NCBI GenBank assembly: GCA_026416455.1
Contig: JAOAFE010000004.1
Location: 73,468-137,467, forward strand
Length of the DNA stretch: 64,000 nt
Source of the DNA: Syntrophales bacterium
Lineage (GTDB): Bacteria > Desulfobacterota > Syntrophia > Syntrophales > UBA8958
Reading direction: 5' to 3'
Positions 36,459 through 45,555 of this stretch are shown one piece after another. A model generated the notes under the pieces. The model had not been told where the DNA came from and searched no databases. It saw only the letters and a program-made list of their open reading frames with translations. Numbering within the stretch: the first letter of the stretch is position 1; every line of letters begins with the position of its first letter. Both the position numbers and the translations under genes were made by a program.

Positions 36459-37930
36459 GAAGAACGCCAAATCCTCAAAAAATGTGTTAGAAGCCTGACG
36501 CCAATTCCTGCCGCGCCTTTTGGTATGTACGGTCGGTCTTTGTTCTGCCAAGCACAACCAGCAATATCGAGATGAACCCAGGGAAAATCTCCTACAAACT
36601 TCCGTAAAAACAGTCCCGCTGTTATCGTACCGGCCGGTCTTCCTCCCGTATTCTTCACATCGGCCACATCGCTTTTTATTTGTTCCTCATAAGGCTCCCA
36701 CAAAGGAAGCTCCCAAACAAATTCTCCTGTCTCATCGGCAGCCTCCTTGATTTTGCTTTTCAAATTCTCGTCCGTTCCCATAAGTCCAATAAGCTGTTCC
36801 CCTAAAGCGACGATACAGGCCCCGGTGAGGGTGGCTATGTCTATTATGGCCGACGGCTTGTACTCGGCCGCATAAGACAGCGCGTCGGCCAAAGTTAAAC
36901 GACCTTCCGCATCAGTGTTGATGACCTCGATTGTTTTTCCCGCATAGGATTTAAGCACATCCCCCGGTTTGAGGGCGCTTCCGCCCGGCAGGTTCTCAGT
37001 TGCGGCTACGAGAGCTACGACATTAATCGGCCATCCCAACTCGGCGATTGCTTTGATTGTGGCAATAACCGCCGCGGCACCGGACATATCACTTTTCATC
37101 TCTTCCATTTTCTCCGCCGGTTTTAAAGAAATACCTCCACTGTCAAAGGTAAGGCCTTTACCTACCAAGACAACCGGGGACTCCGAGGACTTCCCCCCTT
37201 TATATTCCATGATGATGAAGCGAGGTGGTTCATGACTTCCTTTCGCTACTCCCAAAAAGGCATTCATGCCTAACCGTTCGATTTCTTCCCTTCCCAGGAC
37301 ACGGCATTTGACCCTCTCTAGCTTTTTCGCCAGTTCTTTAGCCTTGTTTCCCAATATTGTAGGAGTCATATCATTGGCGGGCGCAGAGATGAGGTCTCGG
37401 GCAAAAAGTACGGCTTCACATATCACCTGGGTTTCTCTCAGGTGTTCTTTAAGTTGGTTTAACTGAGATCTACGTGGCTCGACAAATATCACTTCTTCGA
37501 CATCCGGTAAAAAACCTTCTCTTTCCGTTTTATAGGGCAGAAACCGGTAATGACCGAGGATAGCCCCTTCTAAGGCCAGGGCCGCTATCTTTATACGATC
37601 CATGTGTTCGTAATTGTACGAATTATCCAATACAGCCGTTTTCACATGATGATTACGGGCTACCTGTAATGCCCGAGAAAAGGCCCCCCTGATCTTTTCT
37701 CTATCTATTTTTTCCTCTTTTCCCACCCCGACGAAAATGATCTTTTTATAAGGGGTCTTCCCTTCGGGGGGGTAAATAACCCTCGTATCGTAAGCCTTAC
37801 CCTCGAAATCATCTATGTCACTGATAAACTCCCTGTACGCAGTCAGGCCTTTCTTCCCTTCCGCCCATGGAATAACAATGGCATCAGCCTTAATCTGAAA
37901 GGGCTCTTTATTTTTTACCGAAACCTTCAT
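36455..37930 (-). CDS. pepA: Leucyl aminopeptidase (M17)
   Basis: 491 aa. Motifs: VGKGLTFDSGG, MKSDMSGAA, NTDAEGRL. The RBS is GGGAGGAGG. Confidence 0.92.
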   Translation of the reverse strand: MKVSVKNKEPFQIKADAIVIPWAEGKKGLTAYREFISDIDDFEGKAYDTRVIYPPEGKTPYKKIIFVGVGKEEKIDREKIRGAFSRALQVARNHHVKTAVLDNSYNYEHMDRIKIAALALEGAILGHYRFLPYKTEREGFLPDVEEVIFVEPRRSQLNQLKEHLRETQVICEAVLFARDLISAPANDMTPTILGNKAKELAKKLERVKCRVLGREEIERLGMNAFLGVAKGSHEPPRFIIMEYKGGKSSESPVVLVGKGLTFDSGGISLKPAEKMEEMKSDMSGAAAVIATIKAIAELGWPINVVALVAATENLPGGSALKPGDVLKSYAGKTIEVINTDAEGRLTLADALSYAAEYKPSAIIDIATLTGACIVALGEQLIGLMGTDENLKSKIKEAADETGEFVWELPLWEPYEEQIKSDVADVKNTGGRPAGTITAGLFLRKFVGDFPWVHLDIAGCAWQNKDRPYIPKGAAGIGVRLLTHFLRIWRSS

Positions 37931-37946
37931 AAACCTCCTCCCTAAT

Positions 37947-37978
37947 AAAAAAAGGATTATGTCTCTCCGACATAATCC
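37947..37978 (-). terminator. Rho-independent terminator after the tRNA-Gly/tRNA-Cys pair
   Basis: The minus strand reads GGATTATGTC ggaga GACATAATCC followed by TTTTTTT (10-bp stem). It ends 16 nt before the pepA ATG. Confidence 0.8.
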
Positions 37979-37993
37979 CCTATCCTGTATTCA

Positions 37994-38069
37994 TGGAGGC
38001 GGCAACCGGATTTGAACCGGTGAATAACGGTTTTGCAGACCGCTGCCTTAGCCACTTGGCTATGCCGCC
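37994..38069 (-). tRNA. tRNA-Cys (GCA), CCA encoded
   Basis: I folded the cloverleaf by hand. Acceptor stem GGCGGCA/TGCCGCC, anticodon loop CTGCAAA, T-arm ACCGG-TTCAAAT-CCGGT, discriminator U73, and an A13/A22 mismatch as in known tRNA-Cys. Confidence 0.9.
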
Positions 38070-38077
38070 TGAATTTC

Positions 38078-38152
38078 TGGAGCGGGCGAACGGATTTGAA
38101 CCGTCGACGTCCACCTTGGCAAGGTGGCACTCTACCGCTGAGTTACGCCCGC
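38078..38152 (-). tRNA. tRNA-Gly (GCC), CCA encoded
   Basis: Acceptor stem GCGGGCG/CGCCCGC, D-stem ACTC/GAGT, anticodon stem CCACC/GGTGG with loop TTGCCAA, T-loop TTCAAAT. Confidence 0.9.
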
Positions 38153-38172
38153 CTAGTACATACGCGACCCTC

Positions 38173-38200
38173 CGTATAACAAATAGACACCGTTTGTCAA
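38173..38200 (-). promoter_or_regulatory. Candidate promoter of the tRNA operon
   Basis: The minus strand reads TTGACA (38200-38195), a 16-nt spacer ending in TGT (extended -10-like), then TATACG (38178-38173). It lies about 20 nt upstream of the tRNA-Gly 5' end. Confidence 0.5.
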
Positions 38201-38222
38201 TAGGCAATATACCTGACTCCCA

Positions 38223-39005
38223 TCACACAACGTAGCTATAAGCCTTATCTACGAGCCAATTAACACTCTCGAAATAAAGGTCCATACCCCAGGCAAAAAT
38301 CGTATTGTGGTCAGCATTCGGTACGACTGTAAGCCTTTTTTCCGTCGCCCGGCTTAGCTCGTATAACAGTTTCCCCTCTTCTAGAAGGATAAGAGAATCG
38401 AATTGAGCATGGATGATAAGGGTCGGACGGGTAAAGGACGCAATCTTCTCTTGATGTCTTAACCCTAACTCCTCCCGAAAACCTATCTCATTCAAATTGA
38501 CTCCCAAAAGAGTGAGTAGAGGTCCCGTTCGGGCAAAACCGCTTTCGACAATCAATCCATGGATCTCCGTCGGATAGTGATGGGCGAGCTCGAGGGCGGA
38601 AGCAGAACCCAGAGAACGACCCATGACGATGAGAGGACCGGGCGAGGGATTTTCTTTCCTCCATGCCTTAACCCAGGCAAAAATCTTGTGTGCATCTTTC
38701 AGCATGGTGGAAACGGATGGAGAACCACCAGATCGACCGTATCCTCGGTAATCAAAGACCAAGAAGTTAATACCTCGTTCAACGAAATAGGGGGCTAGAT
38801 CATGGTAATCAGCGGCGATTTCTCCATTTCCATGGAAGAAAACTATCTGGGCTCCTCCCGGATGTCCTCTGTGCAGGAAACCTCCGATGCTCACATTTTC
38901 ATCAACGGGAATCAAGACGGGTCTTATATGCTCTTGGACTACTTCCTCATTTTCCCGTCGAGGATAGAAAAGGCGCCTTGTAATCTGTGGATGGTCAAGT
39001 ACCAT
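38223..39005 (-). CDS. Alpha/beta-fold hydrolase
   Basis: 260 aa with a nucleophile elbow GRSLGS and the typical HGNGE and DHN segments. Confidence 0.75.
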   Translation of the reverse strand: MVLDHPQITRRLFYPRRENEEVVQEHIRPVLIPVDENVSIGGFLHRGHPGGAQIVFFHGNGEIAADYHDLAPYFVERGINFLVFDYRGYGRSGGSPSVSTMLKDAHKIFAWVKAWRKENPSPGPLIVMGRSLGSASALELAHHYPTEIHGLIVESGFARTGPLLTLLGVNLNEIGFREELGLRHQEKIASFTRPTLIIHAQFDSLILLEEGKLLYELSRATEKRLTVVPNADHNTIFAWGMDLYFESVNWLVDKAYSYVV

Positions 39006-39008
39006 TAA

Positions 39009-39614
39009 TCAATCCTTCATGATCACTTCTTTTAAGAATTTAATGAGGTATTCGAGGCCCGAATAAATACTCAAAATCAGGGCCAAAAAAAGTAGGACCG
39101 TACCTACCACATGGGCATCGGCCCCTAAAAAGGGGTAATGAATCATTAAGGCCGACACGGCAAAAACCTGACAGAGGGTCTTCTTTTTACCCCATTTACT
39201 GGCCTGAATTATCACCCCTTCGGACGTCGCAATGGTCCTTATACCGTCAACGATAAAATCCCTAATAATAATAATGGCTACCACCCAAGCCGGTATGCGT
39301 CCGATAGGAATCATCAGAATCATGGCGGTATTTATTACTAACTTGTCCGCGATGGGATCTAGGAATTTCCCCATCGTCGTCACCAAATGATACTTCCTGG
39401 CCAAATAGCCGTCTAAGAGATCGGTGAGAGAAGCGAGGATAAAGATGAAGGCCAATACTAAGCTCCAAAACTGATTGGGAGAAAGGAGCAGAAAAAACAA
39501 AACAGGAATAATAAGGATTCGTAACATCGTGATCGCATTAGGGAGATTGATAATCTTCCCCTTCAACGATGGCGAGGGCAGGAACCCAAAAATTCTTCCC
39601 AAGGAAAGTGCCAT
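39009..39614 (-). CDS. pgsA: CDP-diacylglycerol--glycerol-3-phosphate 3-phosphatidyltransferase
   Basis: 201 aa, polytopic. It carries the CDP-alcohol phosphotransferase motif DLLDGYLARKYHLVTTMGKFLDPIADK. Confidence 0.85.
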   Translation of the reverse strand: MALSLGRIFGFLPSPSLKGKIINLPNAITMLRILIIPVLFFLLLSPNQFWSLVLAFIFILASLTDLLDGYLARKYHLVTTMGKFLDPIADKLVINTAMILMIPIGRIPAWVVAIIIIRDFIVDGIRTIATSEGVIIQASKWGKKKTLCQVFAVSALMIHYPFLGADAHVVGTVLLFLALILSIYSGLEYLIKFLKEVIMKD

Positions 39615-39623
39615 TTTACCTTT

Positions 39624-40268
39624 TTATTTTGGTACCTTCTCCCAATCTTTCAGAAAAGCCTGTAGGCCTTTGTCAGTCAAGGGATGTTGGGTAAGTTGGG
39701 TTAGTACCTTAAAGGGGATTGTAGCAATATCCGCCCCCATTAAGGCCGCCTGGAGAACATGAACGGGGTGACGCACACTGGCCACGATCACCTCCGTTTC
39801 TATCTCGTAATTGTCGTAAATCTGCAGAATCTGCTCCACCAAACCCATTCCATCATGGGCTATGTCGTCAAGTCTGCCTACGAAGGGACTCACGTAAGTG
39901 GCCCCCGCCTTAGCCGCCATAAGGGCCTGTAGGGGGGAAAAAACAAGGGTTTGGTTGACAGCAATGCCCTCACTGGTAAGTCTTCGGGTCGCTTTTATGC
40001 CCTCTACCGTCATGGGTATTTTGATCACCACCTGAGAACCGAGGCTTGCCAGCTTTCTTCCTTCTTCGAACATACCGTCCGCATCGGTGGCAATCACTTC
40101 TAAGCTTACCGGACCGTCGCAAACCATGAGGATCTCTTTTATTACCTCCACGGCTGGTTTTCCCTCACGGGCGATTAGACTCGGGTTAGTAGTCACTCCG
40201 TCCACCATGCCCATGAGTATTCCCTCTTTTATTTCCTCCACGTTGGCTGTATCGATGAAAAACTTCAT
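39624..40268 (-). CDS. tal: Short-form transaldolase / fructose-6-phosphate aldolase family
   Basis: 214 aa. Motifs: [27 protein letters not shown], and the [10 protein letters not shown] Schiff-base region. Confidence 0.85.
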   Translation of the reverse strand: MKFFIDTANVEEIKEGILMGMVDGVTTNPSLIAREGKPAVEVIKEILMVCDGPVSLEVIATDADGMFEEGRKLASLGSQVVIKIPMTVEGIKATRRLTSEGIAVNQTLVFSPLQALMAAKAGATYVSPFVGRLDDIAHDGMGLVEQILQIYDNYEIETEVIVASVRHPVHVLQAALMGADIATIPFKVLTQLTQHPLTDKGLQAFLKDWEKVPK

Positions 40269-40277
40269 TTTACCACC

Positions 40278-40550
40278 TCAAACTTTTTTCTTCTTCGATT
40301 CCCGATAGATCTTTAGGCATTCTTCCGAACAGAAAAACTTCTTCGTCCCCTCATCCTCCCACACAATAGCCTTACTCACCGGCAGATAGGTATGACAAAC
40401 CGTATCCTCAACGAGATCCTCCATCGATGAGTCCCCTTTTCCTTGATCCTTGAGAGGAGTTACCTTCCGGGTCTCCAAACGAAACATCTTTTTCAGTACG
40501 CGGTACATTACGTAGAGAACAATGAGGGCTAAAATCACTCGCCAAATCAT
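40278..40550 (-). CDS. Small membrane-anchored protein with a TRASH/YHS-like C-x21-C-x3-C motif
   Basis: 90 aa. N-terminal TM helix (VILALIVLYVMYRV) and a C-terminal CHTYLPVSKAIVWEDEGTKKFFCSEEC. It overlaps the folK stop by 4 nt. Confidence 0.6.
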   Translation of the reverse strand: MIWRVILALIVLYVMYRVLKKMFRLETRKVTPLKDQGKGDSSMEDLVEDTVCHTYLPVSKAIVWEDEGTKKFFCSEECLKIYRESKKKKV

Positions 40551-41056
40551 GGTCCGACGCCTTTCATAATTTCCACCTTTTCTGTATCCTGTGATAATCT
40601 ATTAAGCAGACCCTTGGCCGTTATACCGTAGTGAGGATGCATCACGTAGGGGGCTATCTCACATAAGGGTACGAGCACAAACCGCCTTTCGTGCATGCGG
40701 GGGTGAGGAATCTTAAGATCTGCCTCATCTATCCACCTTTGGTCGTAAAGCAAGATGTCTAAATCTATCAACCGCGGGCCCCACTTGATTGACGGTTGCC
40801 TTCCCATTTCTAACTCAATATTTTTCAATGACATGTGCAATTCCCGAGGCGCCAATCCCGTCTTGATTTCACAGACAGCGTTAACAAAATCACCTTGCTC
40901 TTTACACCCCACCGGAGAGGTAAGATAAAAAGATGACACCTGAACGAGTCGCGTTCTCGGCAAATTACGTATTCTTTTCAGGGCTTCCCGACAATTCTCT
41001 ACCCCGTTACCGATATTGGAACCCAACCCGATGTAGGATACAACCCTTAAGTCCAA
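40547..41056 (-). CDS. folK: 2-amino-4-hydroxy-6-hydroxymethyldihydropteridine diphosphokinase
   Basis: 169 aa. Motifs: YIGLGSNIG, GPRLIDLDILLY, IPHPRMHERRFVLVPL. Confidence 0.9.
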   Translation of the reverse strand: MDLRVVSYIGLGSNIGNGVENCREALKRIRNLPRTRLVQVSSFYLTSPVGCKEQGDFVNAVCEIKTGLAPRELHMSLKNIELEMGRQPSIKWGPRLIDLDILLYDQRWIDEADLKIPHPRMHERRFVLVPLCEIAPYVMHPHYGITAKGLLNRLSQDTEKVEIMKGVGP

Positions 41057-41060
41057 TCTT

Positions 41061-41867
41061 TCAACCTTTCAGACCGAGAACATCTTGCATATCGTATAGC
41101 CCGGGAGGTCTCCCGACTACCCACAGGGCTGCTCTGACGGCTCCTCGGGCAAAATTATCCCGACTATGAGCTCGATGAATGAACTCAAGCCGCTCCCCCT
41201 CCGTGACAAACATAACATTATGTTCACCCACAATATCGCCTCCCCTTAGGGTTTGGATACCGATTTCATTCTTCTTCCTCGGCCCGATTACACCCCTTCT
41301 CTCGAAGACTGCGTCCTTCTCTAAATCCCGTCCTAACACCTCGGCAATGATCTGCGCCATCTTGAGCGCCGTTCCACTGGGGGCATCCTTCTTCTGGTTA
41401 TGGTGTGCCTCTACAATCTCCACTTCGTATTCGCTTCCCAGTATCCGTGCCACATCCTTCAAAACTTTGAATAGAACGTTAATGCCGACACTCATATTGG
41501 GAGCTACTACACATGGGATTTTCCCAGCATAGCCCTTTATTTCATCCATCTCCTGTGCCGTGAAGCCCGTCGTTCCTATCACCATCGGCTTCCCGTGCTT
41601 CGAGGCAAGTGCCAGATGGGAAACCGTCGCCTCGTGATGAGTGAATTCCACTATGACATCTCCTTTATCAATCACATCTTCCAAGCGATCGCTGATTTTA
41701 ACACCTAACGGGCCCCGACCTATTAATTCTCCCACATCATGGCCGATCATAGGGTGGCCAAAACCCTCTACGGCCCCTGTGATTTGAATGCCATCGGTGT
41801 TATAGATCCAGTGGGCAATCCGACTGCCCATGCGTCCTCCTACTCCTATCACAACGGCATTAATCAT
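41061..41867 (-). CDS. dapB: 4-hydroxy-tetrahydrodipicolinate reductase
   Basis: 268 aa. Motifs: GVGGRMG, FTHHEA, VIGTTG, EAHHNQKKDAPSGTA. Confidence 0.92.
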   Translation of the reverse strand: MINAVVIGVGGRMGSRIAHWIYNTDGIQITGAVEGFGHPMIGHDVGELIGRGPLGVKISDRLEDVIDKGDVIVEFTHHEATVSHLALASKHGKPMVIGTTGFTAQEMDEIKGYAGKIPCVVAPNMSVGINVLFKVLKDVARILGSEYEVEIVEAHHNQKKDAPSGTALKMAQIIAEVLGRDLEKDAVFERRGVIGPRKKNEIGIQTLRGGDIVGEHNVMFVTEGERLEFIHRAHSRDNFARGAVRAALWVVGRPPGLYDMQDVLGLKG

Positions 41868-41880
41868 ATCCCCTCCTTTT

Positions 41881-42756
41881 TCACTTAATCAGGCCGTAGT
41901 TCACCATTGCCCGACGCAGTTTTTCTTTGTTACTCTCCGACATGGGGCAAAGAGGTAGTCTCAATTCTTCTTCTATCATACCCATCATAGCGAGCGCCGT
42001 TTTCACGGGAATGGGATTGGTCTCGATGAACAGGGCATCAACTAGGGGAGTCATACGATAATGAATATCTCTGGCTTTTGCCAAGTTTCCGGCCTCGAAG
42101 GCGTCTACCATTTCAGCCATGTCTCTGGGGGCGACATTGGAAACCACCGAGATAATGCCGTGCCCTCCGATGCACATGAGTGGAAAGGTAAAGTAATCGT
42201 CTCCGGAAAGGACGGAAAAATTGGGACCGCACAGGGTTATTATCTCCTGCATCTGTTTGAGAGAACCGGAGGCCTCCTTGACTCCCACGATATTAGAAAT
42301 TTTGGCCAAACGAGCCATCGTTTCTGGCAAGACATTACACCCCGTGCGCGAGGGTACGTTATAGACGATGATAGGAATAGGCACAGCTTCGGCCAATTTT
42401 TGGTAATGCCGGTAAAGTCCCTCCTGGGTCGGCCGATTGTAATAAGGCGTTACCATGAGGGCTGCATCGGCCCCTACTTCGTAGGCATGACGAGTAAGTT
42501 CTAAAGCCTCCTGCGTGCTGTTTGATCCCGTTCCCGCTATAACGGGGACTCTTTTTCTTACGGCCTCGACCGTTATCTCTATTACCCGATTATGCTCCTC
42601 GTACGATAATGTAGGGGACTCACCCGTTGTACCGCATGGCACAATACCATCGGTTCCGTTTTCTATCTGAAATTCTATTAAATCCCTCAGCTTTTCTTCG
42701 TCCACGCTGCCATTTTTAAACGGCGTAACAATCGCACATATTGCTCCTTTAAACAT
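41881..42756 (-). CDS. dapA: 4-hydroxy-tetrahydrodipicolinate synthase
   Basis: The ORF track starts at 42783. I prefer ATG 42756 (MFKGAICAIVTPF...), which is preceded by AAGGAGGTAA and forms a TAATG overlap with the lysA stop. Motifs: GTTGES, YNRP, YNVPSRTG. Confidence 0.92.
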   Translation of the reverse strand: MFKGAICAIVTPFKNGSVDEEKLRDLIEFQIENGTDGIVPCGTTGESPTLSYEEHNRVIEITVEAVRKRVPVIAGTGSNSTQEALELTRHAYEVGADAALMVTPYYNRPTQEGLYRHYQKLAEAVPIPIIVYNVPSRTGCNVLPETMARLAKISNIVGVKEASGSLKQMQEIITLCGPNFSVLSGDDYFTFPLMCIGGHGIISVVSNVAPRDMAEMVDAFEAGNLAKARDIHYRMTPLVDALFIETNPIPVKTALAMMGMIEEELRLPLCPMSESNKEKLRRAMVNYGLIK

Positions 42757-44027
42757 TAAGTTACCTCCTTTAATTTCTCGCATGGGGGTATAATTTCCCC
42801 TCTGATGAGATCTTCGTAAGTTTCTCGCTTCCTTATTATGTAATATTTATCTCCGGAAACGAGTACCTCTGCCGCCCTGGGGCGGGAATTGTAATTGGAG
42901 GACATACTAAACCCGTACGCCCCAGCACTCATGACCGCCATCAACTCTCCGGGAAAAAAAACGCTTAAGGACCTATCTTTGGCGAGAAAATCTCCGGACT
43001 CGCAAATTGGTCCCACCACATCCACGGTCTTTTCACTTCTCACCTCCCTCATGACCGGTAATATCTCATGATACGACTTATACAGTGTGGGCCGCATGAG
43101 GTCATTCATCCCCGCATCAACGATGATAAAGTTCTTAATCGGCCCTTCTTTGGTATAAAGGACGCGGGTTAGAAGAATACCAGCGTTACCCACAATTACC
43201 CTGCCCGGTTCGAAGATCAACGTCACTTCCATTTCCCGAACCGCGTCTATCAACGCCTGGGCGTACTCGTTAGGATGGGGTGGCGTTTCGTCGCGATACT
43301 GAATACCCAGTCCTCCCCCCAAATCTAGGTAATTTACACATATACCCTCCGCCCTTAGCCTCTTTTCCAACAATTTCAACCTTTCCAAGGCATCGACAAA
43401 AGGAGAAAGTTTAGTCACCTGGGAACCAATGTGACAACTGATTCCCTTAATTTCAATGTTTGCAAGGTCACGAGCCTGTCGGTAAAGGTTTAGCGATTGC
43501 TCCACTTCGACGCCGAATTTATTTTCTTTGAGACCCGTTGATATGTAAGGATGAGTTTCCGGGTCCACATCTGGGTTAACACGAAAAGCGATCCTTGCCT
43601 TTTTTTTCAAGCGGCCAGCAATGTCGTTAATCCTGTTTAGTTCTTGGGTTGACTCAATATTAAACATGAGAATACCGACCTCAAGGGCATACTCTATCTC
43701 CGCATCCGTTTTACCCACCCCCGAGTACACTATCTTTTCCGGTTCGATACCCGCTTTTAGGGCGCGGAATAACTCCCCTCCTGAAACAATGTCGACCCCA
43801 CCCCCCGCCCGGGCAAAAAGATTGAGAATCGCAAGGTTAGAATTGGCCTTCACGGCAAAGCACGTCAGATGGGGAACATCTCTAAAAGACCCGTCAAAAA
43901 CCTGGAAATGACGAAGAAGGGTGTGATGGCTGTAAACGTAAGTAGGCGTCCCCACTTCCTGGGCAATTTTTTTCAACGGCACTCCCTCGCACCACAGCTC
44001 TCCGTCTCGATAGAGAAAATCGTGCAT
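42756..44027 (-). CDS. lysA: Diaminopimelate decarboxylase
   Basis: The ORF track starts at 44063. I prefer ATG 44027 (MHDFLYRDGELWCEGV...), which has GGGAGGT 9 nt upstream. Motifs: FAVKANSN (PLP lysine), GGGLG, CESGD. Confidence 0.92.
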   Translation of the reverse strand: MHDFLYRDGELWCEGVPLKKIAQEVGTPTYVYSHHTLLRHFQVFDGSFRDVPHLTCFAVKANSNLAILNLFARAGGGVDIVSGGELFRALKAGIEPEKIVYSGVGKTDAEIEYALEVGILMFNIESTQELNRINDIAGRLKKKARIAFRVNPDVDPETHPYISTGLKENKFGVEVEQSLNLYRQARDLANIEIKGISCHIGSQVTKLSPFVDALERLKLLEKRLRAEGICVNYLDLGGGLGIQYRDETPPHPNEYAQALIDAVREMEVTLIFEPGRVIVGNAGILLTRVLYTKEGPIKNFIIVDAGMNDLMRPTLYKSYHEILPVMREVRSEKTVDVVGPICESGDFLAKDRSLSVFFPGELMAVMSAGAYGFSMSSNYNSRPRAAEVLVSGDKYYIIRKRETYEDLIRGEIIPPCEKLKEVT

Positions 44028-44035
44028 TAAGTTCT

Positions 44036-44173
44036 TTACCTCCCGACTACCGAATATGAACACTCATTTTTTACGGGGCGCGGATCACCCTTTTTCCCAC
44101 ACGCCTGGCATAAAATCAGAATGGCTACCATGGCCAATAGATAGCACATAAGCCTCTTTATTAAGCGTGTCAT
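44036..44173 (-). CDS. 45-aa small lipoprotein, LptM(YifL)/LppL-like (too short for the supplied ORF track)
   Basis: Manual translation gives [45 protein letters not shown]. It has a signal-like hydrophobic core, a Cys followed by GKKG-P, an ATGA overlap with the argH stop, and a stop 8 nt before the lysA ATG. Confidence 0.6.
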   Translation of the reverse strand: MTRLIKRLMCYLLAMVAILILCQACGKKGDPRPVKNECSYSVVGR

Positions 44174-45555
44174 TTTCTCCGCCTAATTGCCTGGTTTAAT
44201 TGTTTTTCCACTTCTCGAAAAGATGTACTACCCACTGTCTTTTTTCTTCGAATGGACGCCTCAGGTGATAGTACCTTGTACACGTCCGGACCGAATTTAT
44301 CACTAAACTGAACCCATTCCTCCCAGGAGAGATCGACAAATGTTTTGTTCCTCTCAAGACAATGAGCCACGACTTGGCCCACGACACTATGGGCCTCCCG
44401 GAACGGCAATCCTTTGAGAACGAGATACTCCACTACATCCGTTGCCGTCGTAAAGCCTTTCGCTGCTTCCGCTGCCATCCTTTCACGATTGAACCGAATA
44501 TGGTCCAGCATAGAAGTGAGCACTTCTAGCGACGAAGAAACTGTATCCACCGTATCGAAGAGGGCTTCTTTGTCTTCTTGCAAATCACGATTATAGGTTA
44601 AAGGCAGGCCTTTAAGCACGGTAAACAAAGACAACAGATGCCCGTACACTCTTCCCGTCTTTCCCCTGATCAACTCCGCCACATCGGGATTTTTCTTTTG
44701 GGGCATCAGGCTGCTACCCGTTGCAAAACTGTCGCCTATCTCGAGAAAATTAAACTCGCTCGTAGACCAAATAATAAAATCTTCACAAAGACGGCTCAAG
44801 TGCATCATAATGACTGCACAGGCAAAAATACATTCTATAACGAAATCCCTATCGGAGACGGCATCCATACTATTTTCAGCCACGCGGGGAAAGTGTAACA
44901 ATTCTGCTACATATTTACGGTCTAAAGGAAGACTGGATCCAGCCAATGCCCCCGCCCCCAAGGGCATAACGTTTACCCTAACTAGGGCATCTCTGATCCG
45001 CCCTTCATCCCGAGCTAACATAGCTTCATAGGCGAGTAGATGGTGAGAAAGAAGCACAGGCTGAGCTTTTTGTAAGTGTGTGTAGCCCGGTACGATCGTG
45101 TTCTTCTCCTTTTGGGCTATTTCAACCAGCTTCAAACGCATCCGCCTTAAGAGTGCTAGGATATTCTCCATCTCCTCTCGAACGTAAAGTCTCAGGTCAA
45201 GGGCCACCTGATCGTTGCGGCTCCTTCCTGTGTGGAGCTTTTCGCCGGCAGCCCCGATCTTTGCGACCAACGCTTTTTCAATAGCCATGTGAATATCCTC
45301 ATCCTCTTCGCGGAAGACAAACTTTCCGGCCTCGATTTCCGCCTCAATCTCCTTTAAGCCCTTCAGAATGGCCTTCTCTTCTTCAGGGGTAATTAATCCC
45401 TGTTGGCATAACATACGGGCATGGGCCATGCTACCTAAAATGTCTTGTCGGTACAGGCGCCGATCGAAGTGGATGGAGGCAGTAAATTTCTCCACTGCCG
45501 GATCTGTTGCCTCCTTAAACCGGCCACCCCAAGGTTTCTTCATCTTCGATTTCAC
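44170..45555 (-). CDS. argH: Argininosuccinate lyase
   Basis: 461 aa. Motifs: [15 protein letters not shown], and the signature loop [12 protein letters not shown]. Confidence 0.93.
   Translation of the reverse strand: MKSKMKKPWGGRFKEATDPAVEKFTASIHFDRRLYRQDILGSMAHARMLCQQGLITPEEEKAILKGLKEIEAEIEAGKFVFREEDEDIHMAIEKALVAKIGAAGEKLHTGRSRNDQVALDLRLYVREEMENILALLRRMRLKLVEIAQKEKNTIVPGYTHLQKAQPVLLSHHLLAYEAMLARDEGRIRDALVRVNVMPLGAGALAGSSLPLDRKYVAELLHFPRVAENSMDAVSDRDFVIECIFACAVIMMHLSRLCEDFIIWSTSEFNFLEIGDSFATGSSLMPQKKNPDVAELIRGKTGRVYGHLLSLFTVLKGLPLTYNRDLQEDKEALFDTVDTVSSSLEVLTSMLDHIRFNRERMAAEAAKGFTTATDVVEYLVLKGLPFREAHSVVGQVVAHCLERNKTFVDLSWEEWVQFSDKFGPDVYKVLSPEASIRRKKTVGSTSFREVEKQLNQAIRRRK

Noticed and set aside
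37980-38235. ORFs of 75 aa (-) and 80 aa (+) over the tRNA region
   Set aside because: The region folds into two canonical tRNAs (Cys-GCA and Gly-GCC), so the ORFs are artefacts.
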